Origin: Candidatus Sediminicultor quartus
GTDB taxonomy: Bacteria; Atribacterota; Phoenicimicrobiia; Phoenicimicrobiales; Phoenicimicrobiaceae
Reading direction: 5' to 3'
Length of the DNA stretch: 57,533 nucleotides
Assembly (NCBI GenBank): GCA_011056645.1
Contig: DSEL01000186.1
Location: 1-57,533, forward strand
Shown here: in pieces, positions 9,187 to 19,223 of the stretch
Numbering within the stretch: the first letter of the stretch is position 1
How the letters are laid out: every line of letters begins with the position of its first letter
Notes under the pieces: generated by a model
Told to the model about the DNA's origin: nothing
Seen by the model: only the letters and a program-made list of their open reading frames with translations
Databases searched by the model: none
Translations under genes and position numbers: made by a program

Positions 9187-11154
9187 TTAGTCTATTAAAG
9201 GATTATCCTTTGACAAACTTAAGATAAGTTGTTTTTGAGTTTTATTTAGGTTGACGAGTTCCTGGTTATATTTTTTTAGATCAATCATCAGGTTTTGGAC
9301 TTTTTTTGAATCTTTAAGGACTATCGGATCACATAGCTGATTTTCTATATCAACTTTATTTTTTTCTATGAGCTTTATTTCTTCTTCGGCTAATTTCAAT
9401 CTATTTAGAACATCCTTATTTTGCCGATAGATACGATTCCGTTCTTCTGCTTCTTTCTGTTTTCTCAGTTTATCAGAAGTTTTTGCGCTTTGTTTTGGCT
9501 GCTCTGTTTTTTTTATATATAAGTTCCTTTCATTAGTTTCTGCCAGTAGTTGATTCCGTTTTTCTATAAAGTAGGAATAATTCCCAGGATAATCATAGAT
9601 CCGTCCATCACGGATCTCGATTACCCGGCTAATTAGATTGTCCAGAAAGAAACGATCATGGGATACAATCAATATAGTCCCGCTATATTTTAGCAAGGCT
9701 TGTTGAAATAATTCTTTAGTAATTATATCCAGATGATTGGTCGGCTCGTCAAGTATCAGAAAATTAGATTCTTGCATCAGAATCTTTGCCAGGGATAGCC
9801 GGGATTTTTCTCCTCCGGAAAGAACACTAATTGGTTTATAGACATCATCACCGGAAAAGAGAAAGGCTCCCAATAAATTTCTCCTTTCTCCGGAAGTCAT
9901 AGAACTTGGTTCAGCAGATATTTCTTCCAGGACAGAATGGTTGTAGTTGAGATTGTCAGAGCTTTCCTGAGAGAAGAAAGCCAGATTTACTTTATGTCCC
10001 AGGTGTACTGTTCCGGAAGTCGGTCTTTCTCTTTTGCTAATCAATCGGGAGAGGGTAGATTTACCTGCTCCATTTACCCCTACCAGAGCTACTCTTTCGC
10101 CGCGGTGTAAGGTAAAAGTAAGACCGTTGAATACTTTAATTTCTTCATATTCTTTAGCCAAGTTTTCTACACTTACCACTTGATCCCCACTTCGGGGGCA
10201 TTTAGGAAAATAGATGGCTACTTTTTTAGGGGTTTTATCAATTTTTACTATTTGCATTTTTTCCAGCATTTTTATTCTGCTTTGCACCTGTGTTGCCTTA
10301 GTATTTTTGTAACGAAATCTTTCAATAAAAGTTTCGGTTTTGGCTATCTTTTCCTGTTGATTTTTCGCTTCTTTTTGCAATAGTTCATGCCGCTTATCTT
10401 TTTCTTCCAAGTAATAGGAAAAATTTCCCTGATAGAGTGTCAATCTCTGATGGGCTAATTCTGCAATTTGGGTCATAAGTTTGTCCATAAAGTACCGGTC
10501 ATGAGAGATGACTAAGATAGTACCGGAAAAATTTAAGAGCCAATTTTCCAGCCACTCCAGGCTTTCGGTATCCAGATGGTTGGTCGGTTCATCGAGCAAA
10601 ATAATATCCGGTGAAGAAAGAAGTATGGAAGCCAGGATTATACGCATCTTCCATCCTCCGGAGAATTCAGTACATTGTCGGGTAAAATCTTTTTCTCGGA
10701 AGCCCAAACCTTTAAGTACTTTATGTGCCTGGGTAGAAAAAGTATAGCCTCCCCGGTGCTCAAAGAGATTGGTTATCTGTTCATATTTTTTAAAAGCTGC
10801 CAGATATGCTTTTGACTCAGCAGATAGTGAAGTCAGATGTTCTTCGCAAGCTTTTAGGGAATGTTCTAATTTAGTAATACCTGATTTTTCTTTCAAGTAA
10901 GAGATAAGGTCGATGTTGCTTTTAAGTTCTATTAAATCTTGAGGAAGATAGCCAATCCGCTGATTTCGTGGTAAAGCAATATTGCCTTTATCTGGTAGAA
11001 CAAGTCCTACAATGGATCGAAATAGGGTAGTTTTTCCGGTACCGTTATTGCCTACCAAACCAATACGGCTGCCTCTGGGGATTCTCCAGTTTAAATTATC
11101 AAAGAGAACTCTCTCCTGGAAACCAATGCTGACATTTTCAAGGGAAATCATCAA
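9187..11154 (-). CDS. ABC-F family ribosome-associated ATPase
   Basis: Two NBDs (GNNGTGKT, FSGGW, LLDEPTNH; GVNGAGKS, LSGGE, ILDEPTNH), no TM segments, C-terminal coiled coil. Confidence 0.93.
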   Translation of the reverse strand: MMISLENVSIGFQERVLFDNLNWRIPRGSRIGLVGNNGTGKTTLFRSIVGLVLPDKGNIALPRNQRIGYLPQDLIELKSNIDLISYLKEKSGITKLEHSLKACEEHLTSLSAESKAYLAAFKKYEQITNLFEHRGGYTFSTQAHKVLKGLGFREKDFTRQCTEFSGGWKMRIILASILLSSPDIILLDEPTNHLDTESLEWLENWLLNFSGTILVISHDRYFMDKLMTQIAELAHQRLTLYQGNFSYYLEEKDKRHELLQKEAKNQQEKIAKTETFIERFRYKNTKATQVQSRIKMLEKMQIVKIDKTPKKVAIYFPKCPRSGDQVVSVENLAKEYEEIKVFNGLTFTLHRGERVALVGVNGAGKSTLSRLISKRERPTSGTVHLGHKVNLAFFSQESSDNLNYNHSVLEEISAEPSSMTSGERRNLLGAFLFSGDDVYKPISVLSGGEKSRLSLAKILMQESNFLILDEPTNHLDIITKELFQQALLKYSGTILIVSHDRFFLDNLISRVIEIRDGRIYDYPGNYSYFIEKRNQLLAETNERNLYIKKTEQPKQSAKTSDKLRKQKEAEERNRIYRQNKDVLNRLKLAEEEIKLIEKNKVDIENQLCDPIVLKDSKKVQNLMIDLKKYNQELVNLNKTQKQLILSLSKDNPLID

Positions 11155-11370
11155 TATTTTCTCCTCTAAATTTTGATTCGTTTATTGATTAGTTGGTTAA
11201 TCATTAAATCTTTTGTTCCGAATCTTTAATTGGTCAATTGGTAAATTAATGAATCTATTATACACGAAATTCAAAATATTTTTAAACATTTGCCCCGAAA
11301 TTTAAAATTATTGTTTTTAGATATTATGGTAAGATATAATGGAAAACAGATATTTATTTTCATTGGAAAT

Positions 11371-11399
11371 CGTGTCAGAAGAACCGTCCCTCTGACACG
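11371..11399. repeat. REP-like unit, AGAACCGTCCC family
   Basis: CGTGTCAGA-AGAACCGTCCC-TCTGACACG: a 9-bp inverted repeat around the same core as the 41.8 kb palindrome. Confidence 0.65.
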
Positions 11400-11417
11400 G
11401 TGAAGGATGTACTTGCT

Positions 11418-12665
11418 ATGAAAGAAAATAATTCGTTTGATGTTGCGGTAATAGGCGGAGGGCCAGCCGGGATGATGGCAGCTGGTCGGGCAGCTGAATT
11501 AGGAGCAAAAATCGTTTTAATCGAAAAGAACGAAATTCTGGGGAAAAAATTACTGATTACCGGCAAGGGACGTTGCAATTTTACCCATTACGAGTTAGAT
11601 ATAAGAAAATTTGCTGAAAAGTTCGGCAGAAATGGACGCTTTCTTTATAGCGCTTTAGCGGTATTTGGAGTGCCAGAGGTGATCAATTTTTTTGCCTCCC
11701 GAGGGATTAAAGGAAAGGTAGAGCAAGGAGATAGAGTTTTTCCGGAGAATGGTGATGCCCAGGATATATTGAACATGCTTTTAAAATATTTGACGGAAGG
11801 AAAAGTCAATATTTTAATCAGTTCTGAGGTAATCGGATTTACACAGGAGAAGGAAAAAATACCCCAGGTTCTTCTTCGAGACCGCCAGATAAGTGCCGAT
11901 AAATTAATTATTTGTTCAGGAGGAAAGGCATATCCCCAGACCGGTTCTACTGGTGACGGCTACCAATGGGCCAAACAATTAGGACATACGGTAGTTGAAC
12001 CTGCTCCCGCACTCAATCCGGTAAAGACCTCTGAAGTTTGGGCGAAAGAGGTACAGGGCTTATCTCTTAAAAATGTCTCACTCAAATTGTTTCAGAATGG
12101 CAAGAAACAGGATGAACGTTTTGGCGAGATGCTTTTTACTCACTTTGGAGTAAGTGGACCTATTGTCATGGATATGAGTAAAAACATCGGAGCGTTGTTG
12201 AAAAATGGTTCGCTAAAATTGTTCTTAGATTTAAAGCCTGCTCTGGATTTTAAAAAATTAGATCAGCGCATCCAGCGAGATTTTCAGGAGTTTAGGGGGA
12301 GAATGTTTAAAAATTCCCTAAAGGTGTTATTACCTTTATCGATGATACCGGTAATAATTAAGCTTTCCGCTATAAATCCTGAGAAAAAGGTGGATTACAT
12401 TAGCCGGGAAGAACGAAATAAGTTAGTTCACCTGTTAAAAGAATTAGAATTAACTCCCACAGAGCTGTTGGGATTTAAGTGGTCGGTAGTAACCAGCGGA
12501 GGAGTCTCCCTTAAAGAGGTGGATCCGAATACTATGGGTTCCAAAAGGATGAAAAATCTTTTTTTTGCCGGGGAGATTTTAGATCTTGACGGACCATCAG
12601 GGGGATATAATCTACAGGAATGTTGGAGCACCGGATACCTGGCCGGCCAAAGCGCTGTAAAATGA
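11418..12665 (+). CDS. HI0933/YhiN-family FAD-dependent oxidoreductase
   Basis: GGGPAG, GKKLLITGKGRCNFT, GGKAYPQTGSTGDG, LFTHFGVSGP, GEILDLDGPSGGYNLQ. ATG at 11418 preferred to GTG at 11400. Confidence 0.92.
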   Translation: MKENNSFDVAVIGGGPAGMMAAGRAAELGAKIVLIEKNEILGKKLLITGKGRCNFTHYELDIRKFAEKFGRNGRFLYSALAVFGVPEVINFFASRGIKGKVEQGDRVFPENGDAQDILNMLLKYLTEGKVNILISSEVIGFTQEKEKIPQVLLRDRQISADKLIICSGGKAYPQTGSTGDGYQWAKQLGHTVVEPAPALNPVKTSEVWAKEVQGLSLKNVSLKLFQNGKKQDERFGEMLFTHFGVSGPIVMDMSKNIGALLKNGSLKLFLDLKPALDFKKLDQRIQRDFQEFRGRMFKNSLKVLLPLSMIPVIIKLSAINPEKKVDYISREERNKLVHLLKELELTPTELLGFKWSVVTSGGVSLKEVDPNTMGSKRMKNLFFAGEILDLDGPSGGYNLQECWSTGYLAGQSAVK

Positions 12666-12771
12666 ACTAAGACTTTGTGTTATAATTAAAAAGCAATCTC
12701 CCTTAATGTAGAAGATCAGGAAAACATAGTAATTTTAACCTTGAGGAAAAATTGGAAAGGTAAAAAATTAG

Positions 12772-13998
12772 ATGAAATTTCTTCACTTGGCCGATATTCA
12801 TCTGGGGATGGAAAATTATGGACGGATAGACCCTTCCACCGGCTTACATACCCGATTAAAGGATTTTATAAAATGTTTTAGCTTTGCGATTGATATTGCT
12901 CTGGAAGAAAAGGTGGATTTGGTAATATTTGCCGGTGATGCTTACAAAAATAGCAATCCTAATTCTACTCATCAGCGTGAATTCGCCCGGCAGATTTATC
13001 GATTAAGCGAAGCAGAGATTCCGGTAATCCTGATAAATGGAAATCATGATAATCCCGTATCTTTCGGTCGAGCTGCCTCACTGGATATCTTCGAAACTTT
13101 AAACATCTCCGGAGTAAGAGTGGTAACCAAGCCGGAGCTGCTAAATATTAAGACTAAGGGAGGGCAGGTTCAAGTCTTTGGGCTGCCCTGGCCTACCAAA
13201 GCCCTTTTTCTTAATAAAGAAGAATATAAAGATTTTACCGATGAGGAAATCACCCGGGAAATTCAAAAGAGAGCAGGTAAAAAAATCAGAGAATTTGCCC
13301 GGAGGATAAAGCCGGGTACTCCCGCAATTTTTGCTGCCCACCTGGCTGCTGCAGAAGCCACTTATTCCGGTTCAGAGAGGTCGGCAATCATCGGAAGAGA
13401 CCCGGTATTTCCTACACAAGTATTGCTTCAAAAAGAATTTGATTATGTAGCCTTAGGTCATATCCATAAATTTCAGGATTTAAATCTTAACCATCATCCC
13501 CCGGTAGTCTATCCGGGGAGTATCGAAAGAATAAACTTTGGTGAGGAGAAGGATGACAAAGGGGTTTGTTTGGTGAATATAGAAAAAGGCAACACTTCTT
13601 ATGAATTTATTCCTCTTCCCGCTCGAAAGTTTATCACCATAGATGTGGTAATTAGCGGAGAGCAAGATCCCACCAGGACTTTAGTGGAGGAAATTGAAAA
13701 GTTTGATTTATCTGAGGAAGTAGTGAGAGTATTTTATACTATACCTGCAGAGAGGGAAGAATTACTGGATTTTAAGAGGATAAACTCTGCCCTGGAAAAA
13801 GCCTTTTTAGTAAGTACTATTGCCAAAAAATCTAAACCGCTAGAGCGAAGAAAAAGAGTAGAGGAAATGACAGAAAATTTAGGAATGTTAGAGGCTATGG
13901 ATAAATATATTCAAAATAATTCCGATTTAGTTCTTTTATCTCGTGAATTGAAAATTTATGCCCAAAAATTAGAAAAAGAATTAGAAGGGAATGGTTAA
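12772..13998 (+). CDS. sbcD: SbcD/Mre11-family nuclease subunit
   Basis: Metallophosphoesterase motifs ADIH, AGD, GNHD and LGHIH, plus YPGSIER. Upstream of sbcC. Confidence 0.92.
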   Translation: MKFLHLADIHLGMENYGRIDPSTGLHTRLKDFIKCFSFAIDIALEEKVDLVIFAGDAYKNSNPNSTHQREFARQIYRLSEAEIPVILINGNHDNPVSFGRAASLDIFETLNISGVRVVTKPELLNIKTKGGQVQVFGLPWPTKALFLNKEEYKDFTDEEITREIQKRAGKKIREFARRIKPGTPAIFAAHLAAAEATYSGSERSAIIGRDPVFPTQVLLQKEFDYVALGHIHKFQDLNLNHHPPVVYPGSIERINFGEEKDDKGVCLVNIEKGNTSYEFIPLPARKFITIDVVISGEQDPTRTLVEEIEKFDLSEEVVRVFYTIPAEREELLDFKRINSALEKAFLVSTIAKKSKPLERRKRVEEMTENLGMLEAMDKYIQNNSDLVLLSRELKIYAQKLEKELEGNG

Positions 13999-14016
13999 AG
14001 AAGGAAGGATTAAAAA

Positions 14017-16608
14017 TTGATACCGGTCACATTAACCTTGAAAAATTTTTTAAGTTATGGGGAAGGTGTTCCCCCTCTCGATTTTACCCAGTTTCATGTC
14101 GCCTGTCTTTCGGGAAATAACGGTCAGGGTAAATCCGCTCTTCTGGACGCTTTAACCTGGGCAGTATGGGGAGAGGGAAGAAAAGCCAGCCAGGAGAAGA
14201 AAGCCGATAATAGTCTTTTGCGGATAGGGCAGAAAGATATGCAAGTAGAATTTGTATTTGATCTGGAAGGGGATAGATATCGAATTATCAGGAATTATTC
14301 TCTGGCTGGGAAAAGCGCTCGCTCCGGTTTAGAATTTCAGGTTTTTGAACAAAAAGATAAAAATAAATATATTTCTCTCACCTGTCCTTCTATTCGGGAA
14401 ACCCAGGAAAGAATTACTAAAACCCTGAGGATAGATTACCAGACCTTCATCAACTCCGCTTTTATCCTTCAAGGTAGAATAGATGAATTTAGCCGAAAGA
14501 GTGCCCGGGAAAGAAAGGAAATTTTATCCGAAATTTTAGGTCTTTCCCGTTACGATGAGTTAGCCAATTTAGCCAAATCCCATCTTAAGGAAATGAATAA
14601 TATTCTCATGATTAAAGAAGGCAGATTGGCATACATCTATCAGGAAACGGCCAACTTTGATTTTTATAAAGAGAAAATAGGGGAATTGTCAGAAAGTTAT
14701 AAAGAAATTTCCCGGAAGATAAAGACAGAAGAGACAAAAACAGGTCAATTAAAAGAGGAAATAAATCTCTTAAAACATAAAAGTAAACAATGCACAGAAT
14801 TGGAAGATCGAATAGGGCAGTATCGGCAAGAGATTGTACGAGGGAAAAAACAGATTGAATTAAGAAAGAAAGAAATTATTGAATATGAAAAGATGATTTC
14901 CCAAAAGGAGAAAATTTTAGTTGATTTCATAAATTATCAGAAATTTAACAATGAAAATAATGAATTTAGCCGAAAGCTCCAAAAAATAAGGAAAATAGAA
15001 GAAGAGGAAGTTCTTATCGAAAGAAGGATAGAAAGCAGGCGGGCAGATTTAGAAGTAGAAGTTAGGAATAAAAAAGACAGATATAAGGATTTTGAGAATA
15101 AAGCTCAGCAGGGGATAAAGAACATGGCCAAGGTTTCGGAATTAGAAAAAAAGGTGGAAGAGATAAAGTTACTCGAAGAGCAGATGGATAAAATTCGAAA
15201 CCAGGGCGGCGAACTAAAGGTAAAAATAAATAGTATTAGAAGTCAGATAGAAAGATTAGAAAAAGGCAATAAAGATAACCAAGAAAAACTACGTTTGTTA
15301 CAAGAGAATCCGGAGGGAGAGTGCCCTTTGTGTGAGGCGAATTTAAATGCGGAGAGAAAAGGGAAGATCGAGGATAATATAAATAACGAAATAAGTGTAA
15401 ATCTTAAAGAGATAGAGAAACTAATAAAAGAGAAAGAAGATTCAAACAAACAGAAGGACAAATTGTTAGAAAAATGGAAGGAAATTAGTCAACGGGTAAA
15501 AGTTAAAAATGTTTGGCAGCAGAAGTTAAGCAAGGCGCATTTTGAACTTGAAGAATCCAAGCAAGCTGAAAAACTGATGATTGACTTACAGAAAGAGATT
15601 GAAAAATTAGAAAAAATTATTCAGGAAAAGGATTATGCCCTAAAAGAACAAAAAAGATTAAAAGAGTTTGAAGGCCAAATCAAAAATATGGGTTACGATG
15701 AAGCAAAGCACCGTCAGTTAAACCGCAAGATAGAAGAATTGATTCATGCTCCTCTGGGAAAAGCAAAATTAGAAGAGGCAGAGAAGAAGATTGATGTTTT
15801 AAGAGACGAACTATTCGAATTACAAGAGCATTATCAACAGAAAGAATTAGACTTAAAAAATTTGGAAAAGGGGAGAGAGAAAATACAAATAGAATTAAAA
15901 GAACTTCCTTCTCTGAAAGAAAAATTAGTTCAAGGAGAACAGATATTAAATTCCGATCATATCTTTAAAGACAAAATTTTAGAAGAAAGAGGCGGATATC
16001 AGAGTAAATTCGAGCAGTGTTTTAAGTTAGAGAAAGAGAAGAAAGAGATAAAAAAAGAATTGGAAGAAAATAAAAAAGAGCAGAATATTTACGAAAAACT
16101 GATTGTAGCTTTTGGAAAGAATGGAATTCAAGCCCTGATTATCGAAAATGTTTTATCGGAAATTGAAGGAGAGGCTAATGACCTGTTAGCCCGGTTGACT
16201 AACAACAGCACCCAGATTTCTATCGAGTCCCTCCGTGATTTGAAGAGTGGAAAAATAAAAGAAACTTTGGATATCAAAATAAGTGATGAGTTGGGAATCC
16301 GGGACTATGAGTTGTATAGCGGCGGGGAGGCCTTTAGGATAGATTTTTCATTAAGAATAGCTCTGTCTAAGTTACTGACCAGAAGAGCGGGGACTAAGTT
16401 AAGGACTCTGGTTATGGATGAGGGATTTGGCACCCAGGATGAAGAAGGAATCGATAATCTGGTACAGGCTATCCAATCGATAAGTGATGATTTTGATAAA
16501 ATATTAGTTATAACTCACCTGGAATCATTAAAAGACGCTTTTCCGGTAAGAATCGAGGTAAACAAGTTACCCGAGGTCGGTTCCCGATATGAGATTATAA
16601 AAAGCTAA
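14017..16608 (+). CDS. sbcC: SbcC/Rad50-family SMC-like ATPase
   Basis: Walker A GNNGQGKS, long coiled coil with CPLC zinc hook, YSGGE signature, Walker B VMDEG. Confidence 0.92.
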   Translation: MIPVTLTLKNFLSYGEGVPPLDFTQFHVACLSGNNGQGKSALLDALTWAVWGEGRKASQEKKADNSLLRIGQKDMQVEFVFDLEGDRYRIIRNYSLAGKSARSGLEFQVFEQKDKNKYISLTCPSIRETQERITKTLRIDYQTFINSAFILQGRIDEFSRKSARERKEILSEILGLSRYDELANLAKSHLKEMNNILMIKEGRLAYIYQETANFDFYKEKIGELSESYKEISRKIKTEETKTGQLKEEINLLKHKSKQCTELEDRIGQYRQEIVRGKKQIELRKKEIIEYEKMISQKEKILVDFINYQKFNNENNEFSRKLQKIRKIEEEEVLIERRIESRRADLEVEVRNKKDRYKDFENKAQQGIKNMAKVSELEKKVEEIKLLEEQMDKIRNQGGELKVKINSIRSQIERLEKGNKDNQEKLRLLQENPEGECPLCEANLNAERKGKIEDNINNEISVNLKEIEKLIKEKEDSNKQKDKLLEKWKEISQRVKVKNVWQQKLSKAHFELEESKQAEKLMIDLQKEIEKLEKIIQEKDYALKEQKRLKEFEGQIKNMGYDEAKHRQLNRKIEELIHAPLGKAKLEEAEKKIDVLRDELFELQEHYQQKELDLKNLEKGREKIQIELKELPSLKEKLVQGEQILNSDHIFKDKILEERGGYQSKFEQCFKLEKEKKEIKKELEENKKEQNIYEKLIVAFGKNGIQALIIENVLSEIEGEANDLLARLTNNSTQISIESLRDLKSGKIKETLDIKISDELGIRDYELYSGGEAFRIDFSLRIALSKLLTRRAGTKLRTLVMDEGFGTQDEEGIDNLVQAIQSISDDFDKILVITHLESLKDAFPVRIEVNKLPEVGSRYEIIKS

Positions 16609-16714
16609 AGTAGTTGTTAAGTGAATTGCCATTATTAAGACTCTCTTTAAAAATATTTTTGAAATTATCTCAAATATAGATATAATAAAAAATAAAAATC
16701 CGAAAGGTTATTTT

Positions 16715-17755
16715 ATGAGCGTTAACTACGAATTATTTGGAACGACCCCAAAAGGGGAAAAAATCGAAAAATACTTTTTAAATAACTCTAGAGGGATTAC
16801 GGTTACAGTAATGAGCTTGGGAGGTACCGTTATATCCCTTAAAATGCCTGACCGGGAAGGAGAAATTAAAGAAATAACTCTCGGTTTTGATAATCTTCAA
16901 CAATATTTGTCCAGTCATTTTTATTTTGGTGCTGCAATTGGTCGTTTTGCCAATCGTATCGCCAACGGAGTTTTTCAGTTGGATGGTATAAAATATTGTC
17001 TCGCCCGTAATGAGAATGGTTTGAATCACTTGCATGGTGGGAATAGAGGATTTGACAAGGTTATCTGGCAAGCCGAGAGTTTTAAAGAACCTGATTTTTG
17101 TGGAGTGACCTTCTCCTACCTCAGTTCAGACGGAGAGGAAGGATACCCTGGAAATCTAAAAGTAGAGATAACCTACAGTTTGAATGAAGATAATGAGTTT
17201 AAAATTGAATATAATGCTAAAACAGATAAACCGACTATCGTGAATCTAACTAACCATACTTACTGGAATCTGGCTGGTGCTGGTTCTAGAACGGTTTTGG
17301 ATCATCAGTTGACTCTGAACAGCAAAAAATACCTTCCGGTTAATAATAATCTAATTCCCATCGGAGAAATTAAGACTGTGTACGGCACCCCTCTGGATTT
17401 TACCAAACCGAAATTAATTGGAAAAGATATAAAGGAGACTGCAGGCGGTTATGATCACTGCTTTGTTATCGAATCCTCAAATCAAGAACTCAATTTAGCG
17501 GCAATGCTTTACGAACCGGAAAGTGGGCGCACGATGGAAATTTTGACCACCACACCAGGCATCCAATTTTATTCCGGGAACTTTCTTCACCCTATTAAAG
17601 GTGCAGACGGAGTACACTTTCAGAAGTACAGCGGTCTCTGCTTAGAAACAGAATTTTTCCCCAATTCAATTAATGAACCGGCGTTTCCTTCTCCTATCCT
17701 ATATCCGGACGGAAGCTACCACCAGGTTACAATACACCGTTTTTCTGTCAATTAA
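16715..17755 (+). CDS. galM: Aldose 1-epimerase (galactose mutarotase)
   Basis: GRFANRI, NHLHGG, EEGYPG, NLTNHTYWNL, YDHCF and GLCLETE motifs. Confidence 0.95.
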   Translation: MSVNYELFGTTPKGEKIEKYFLNNSRGITVTVMSLGGTVISLKMPDREGEIKEITLGFDNLQQYLSSHFYFGAAIGRFANRIANGVFQLDGIKYCLARNENGLNHLHGGNRGFDKVIWQAESFKEPDFCGVTFSYLSSDGEEGYPGNLKVEITYSLNEDNEFKIEYNAKTDKPTIVNLTNHTYWNLAGAGSRTVLDHQLTLNSKKYLPVNNNLIPIGEIKTVYGTPLDFTKPKLIGKDIKETAGGYDHCFVIESSNQELNLAAMLYEPESGRTMEILTTTPGIQFYSGNFLHPIKGADGVHFQKYSGLCLETEFFPNSINEPAFPSPILYPDGSYHQVTIHRFSVN

Positions 17756-17921
17756 GTTAGTATTTTTGTCCGCTTCCCAAATTTTTCTCTTTTATGCGGA
17801 TTTTTATTAACTTAACTTGCTCCCTACATTTATCTTACTGCCTCGAAATGTTAATTGTGATTATAAAAAAGTATATTCTTTTTGATTTTCCATTGGATCT
17901 CTAAAAAAATTTAAAAATAAT

Positions 17922-17951
17922 TTGACATATACAATTAATGAAATATATAAT
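17922..17951 (+). promoter_or_regulatory. Sigma70/SigA-type promoter of the sugar ABC operon
   Basis: TTGACA-18 nt-TATAAT, perfect hexamers. Confidence 0.75.
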
Positions 17952-17953
17952 AG

Positions 17954-17975
17954 TTGTACGGTTGTCCGTATAAGT
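17954..17975. promoter_or_regulatory. Candidate AraR operator
   Basis: TTGTCCGTATAA (17962-17973) is 2 mismatches from the TTGTACGTACAA core of the Bacillus AraR box. A TTGTACG half-site lies at 17954. The site sits right after the -10 element, and an AraR homolog lies in the locus. Confidence 0.55.
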
Positions 17976-18110
17976 AGGGGTATTTGACCCCTTAATATTA
18001 AAGGAGGTGAAAAAAGAACAAAGATCTACGTTAGCACTTTGTATTCAGGTTGCTAGAGCGAGATTTATGGCGAAAAAATATTTAGAGATATTAAAAAAGG
18101 AGGAAAAGTT

Positions 18111-19106
18111 ATGTTAAGGAAAATTAATATTTTAGTTTTGTTGGTATTGACTTGTGTTGCTCTTTTGGTATTACCGGTAATGACACAGGCAAGTGAAGGT
18201 CCTGTGGTTATTTACTTTTTCCCGGGTGGCGCTGCCGGAGGTACCTTTGCTACCGTAGTTTATAATGGCGCTAGAGCAGCAGAGGAAATATTAGGTGATC
18301 GAGTTGAAATAAGATATTTGTGGTCAGAATGGAGCCCGCAGAAAATGGTTGATCAACTTCAGCAAGCTATTGCAGCCAATCCTGATGGTATAGCCATAAT
18401 GGGGCATCCCGGAGATGAAGCATATAAACCTTTCGTTGAAGAAGCTGAAAAACAGGGGATTATCGTTACCAGTCAAAATACAACATTACCCGAACTGGAA
18501 AAAGCTTACGCAGCCAATGGATTTGGTTATGTAGGTCAGGGACTTTATGAATCAGGTTATACTCTCGGTGAAGCTGCGGTTAAAGGTGCAGGATTAAAAA
18601 CAGGAGACAGAGCACTTGTTTGGGGTCTTTTGTCACAACCCACCAGAGGATTGAGGACAAAAGGAGCCATAGATGCTTTTGAAGAAGTAGGTGTAAAAGT
18701 AGATTATGTGGAAATTTCAGCTGAAGTAGACAAGGATGCTTCCAACGGTATTTCTGTTATAGTCGGTTATTTACAGGCAAATCCTGATTGTAAAGTGGTG
18801 GTCACCGATCATGGTAATTTAACTTCTACACAACGTACTTATTTTGAAGCAGCAGGTTTAGGTCCGGATGATATTTTTGGAGCTGGTTTTGATTTATCGC
18901 CGGCTACTGTAACTAGTATTAAGAGTGGTTATACTGATCTTGTGTTAGACCAACAGCCTTTCTTGCAAGGATTTCTGCCCATTATGCAAATTTATTTAAC
19001 TAAGATGTATGGGTTCTCCGGATTACATATTGATACAGGAGGCGGTTTAATTAGCAAGGATAATATAGATTTGATAGCCCCCTTAGCCGAAAAAGGAATA
19101 AGATAA
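18111..19106 (+). CDS. Sugar ABC transporter substrate-binding protein (periplasmic binding protein type I)
   Basis: Signal peptide; AIAANPDGIA, GFDLSP and DQQPFLQG motifs. Confidence 0.9.
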   Translation: MLRKINILVLLVLTCVALLVLPVMTQASEGPVVIYFFPGGAAGGTFATVVYNGARAAEEILGDRVEIRYLWSEWSPQKMVDQLQQAIAANPDGIAIMGHPGDEAYKPFVEEAEKQGIIVTSQNTTLPELEKAYAANGFGYVGQGLYESGYTLGEAAVKGAGLKTGDRALVWGLLSQPTRGLRTKGAIDAFEEVGVKVDYVEISAEVDKDASNGISVIVGYLQANPDCKVVVTDHGNLTSTQRTYFEAAGLGPDDIFGAGFDLSPATVTSIKSGYTDLVLDQQPFLQGFLPIMQIYLTKMYGFSGLHIDTGGGLISKDNIDLIAPLAEKGIR

Positions 19107-19134
19107 ATAATAGTTAGAATACTCATTTCATGGT

Positions 19135-19175
19135 ATCCTGCAGGAAGAATTTAAAAAAAATTCTTCCTGCAGGAT
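19135..19175 (+). terminator. Stem-loop between SBP and ATPase genes
   Basis: Perfect 18-bp inverted repeat ATCCTGCAGGAAGAATTT / AAATTCTTCCTGCAGGAT with a 5-nt loop. Confidence 0.65.
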
Positions 19176-19223
19176 TATTTTAGGTTACACTATTAATGAC
19201 TATAAAAAAGGAGAGGGTTATAT

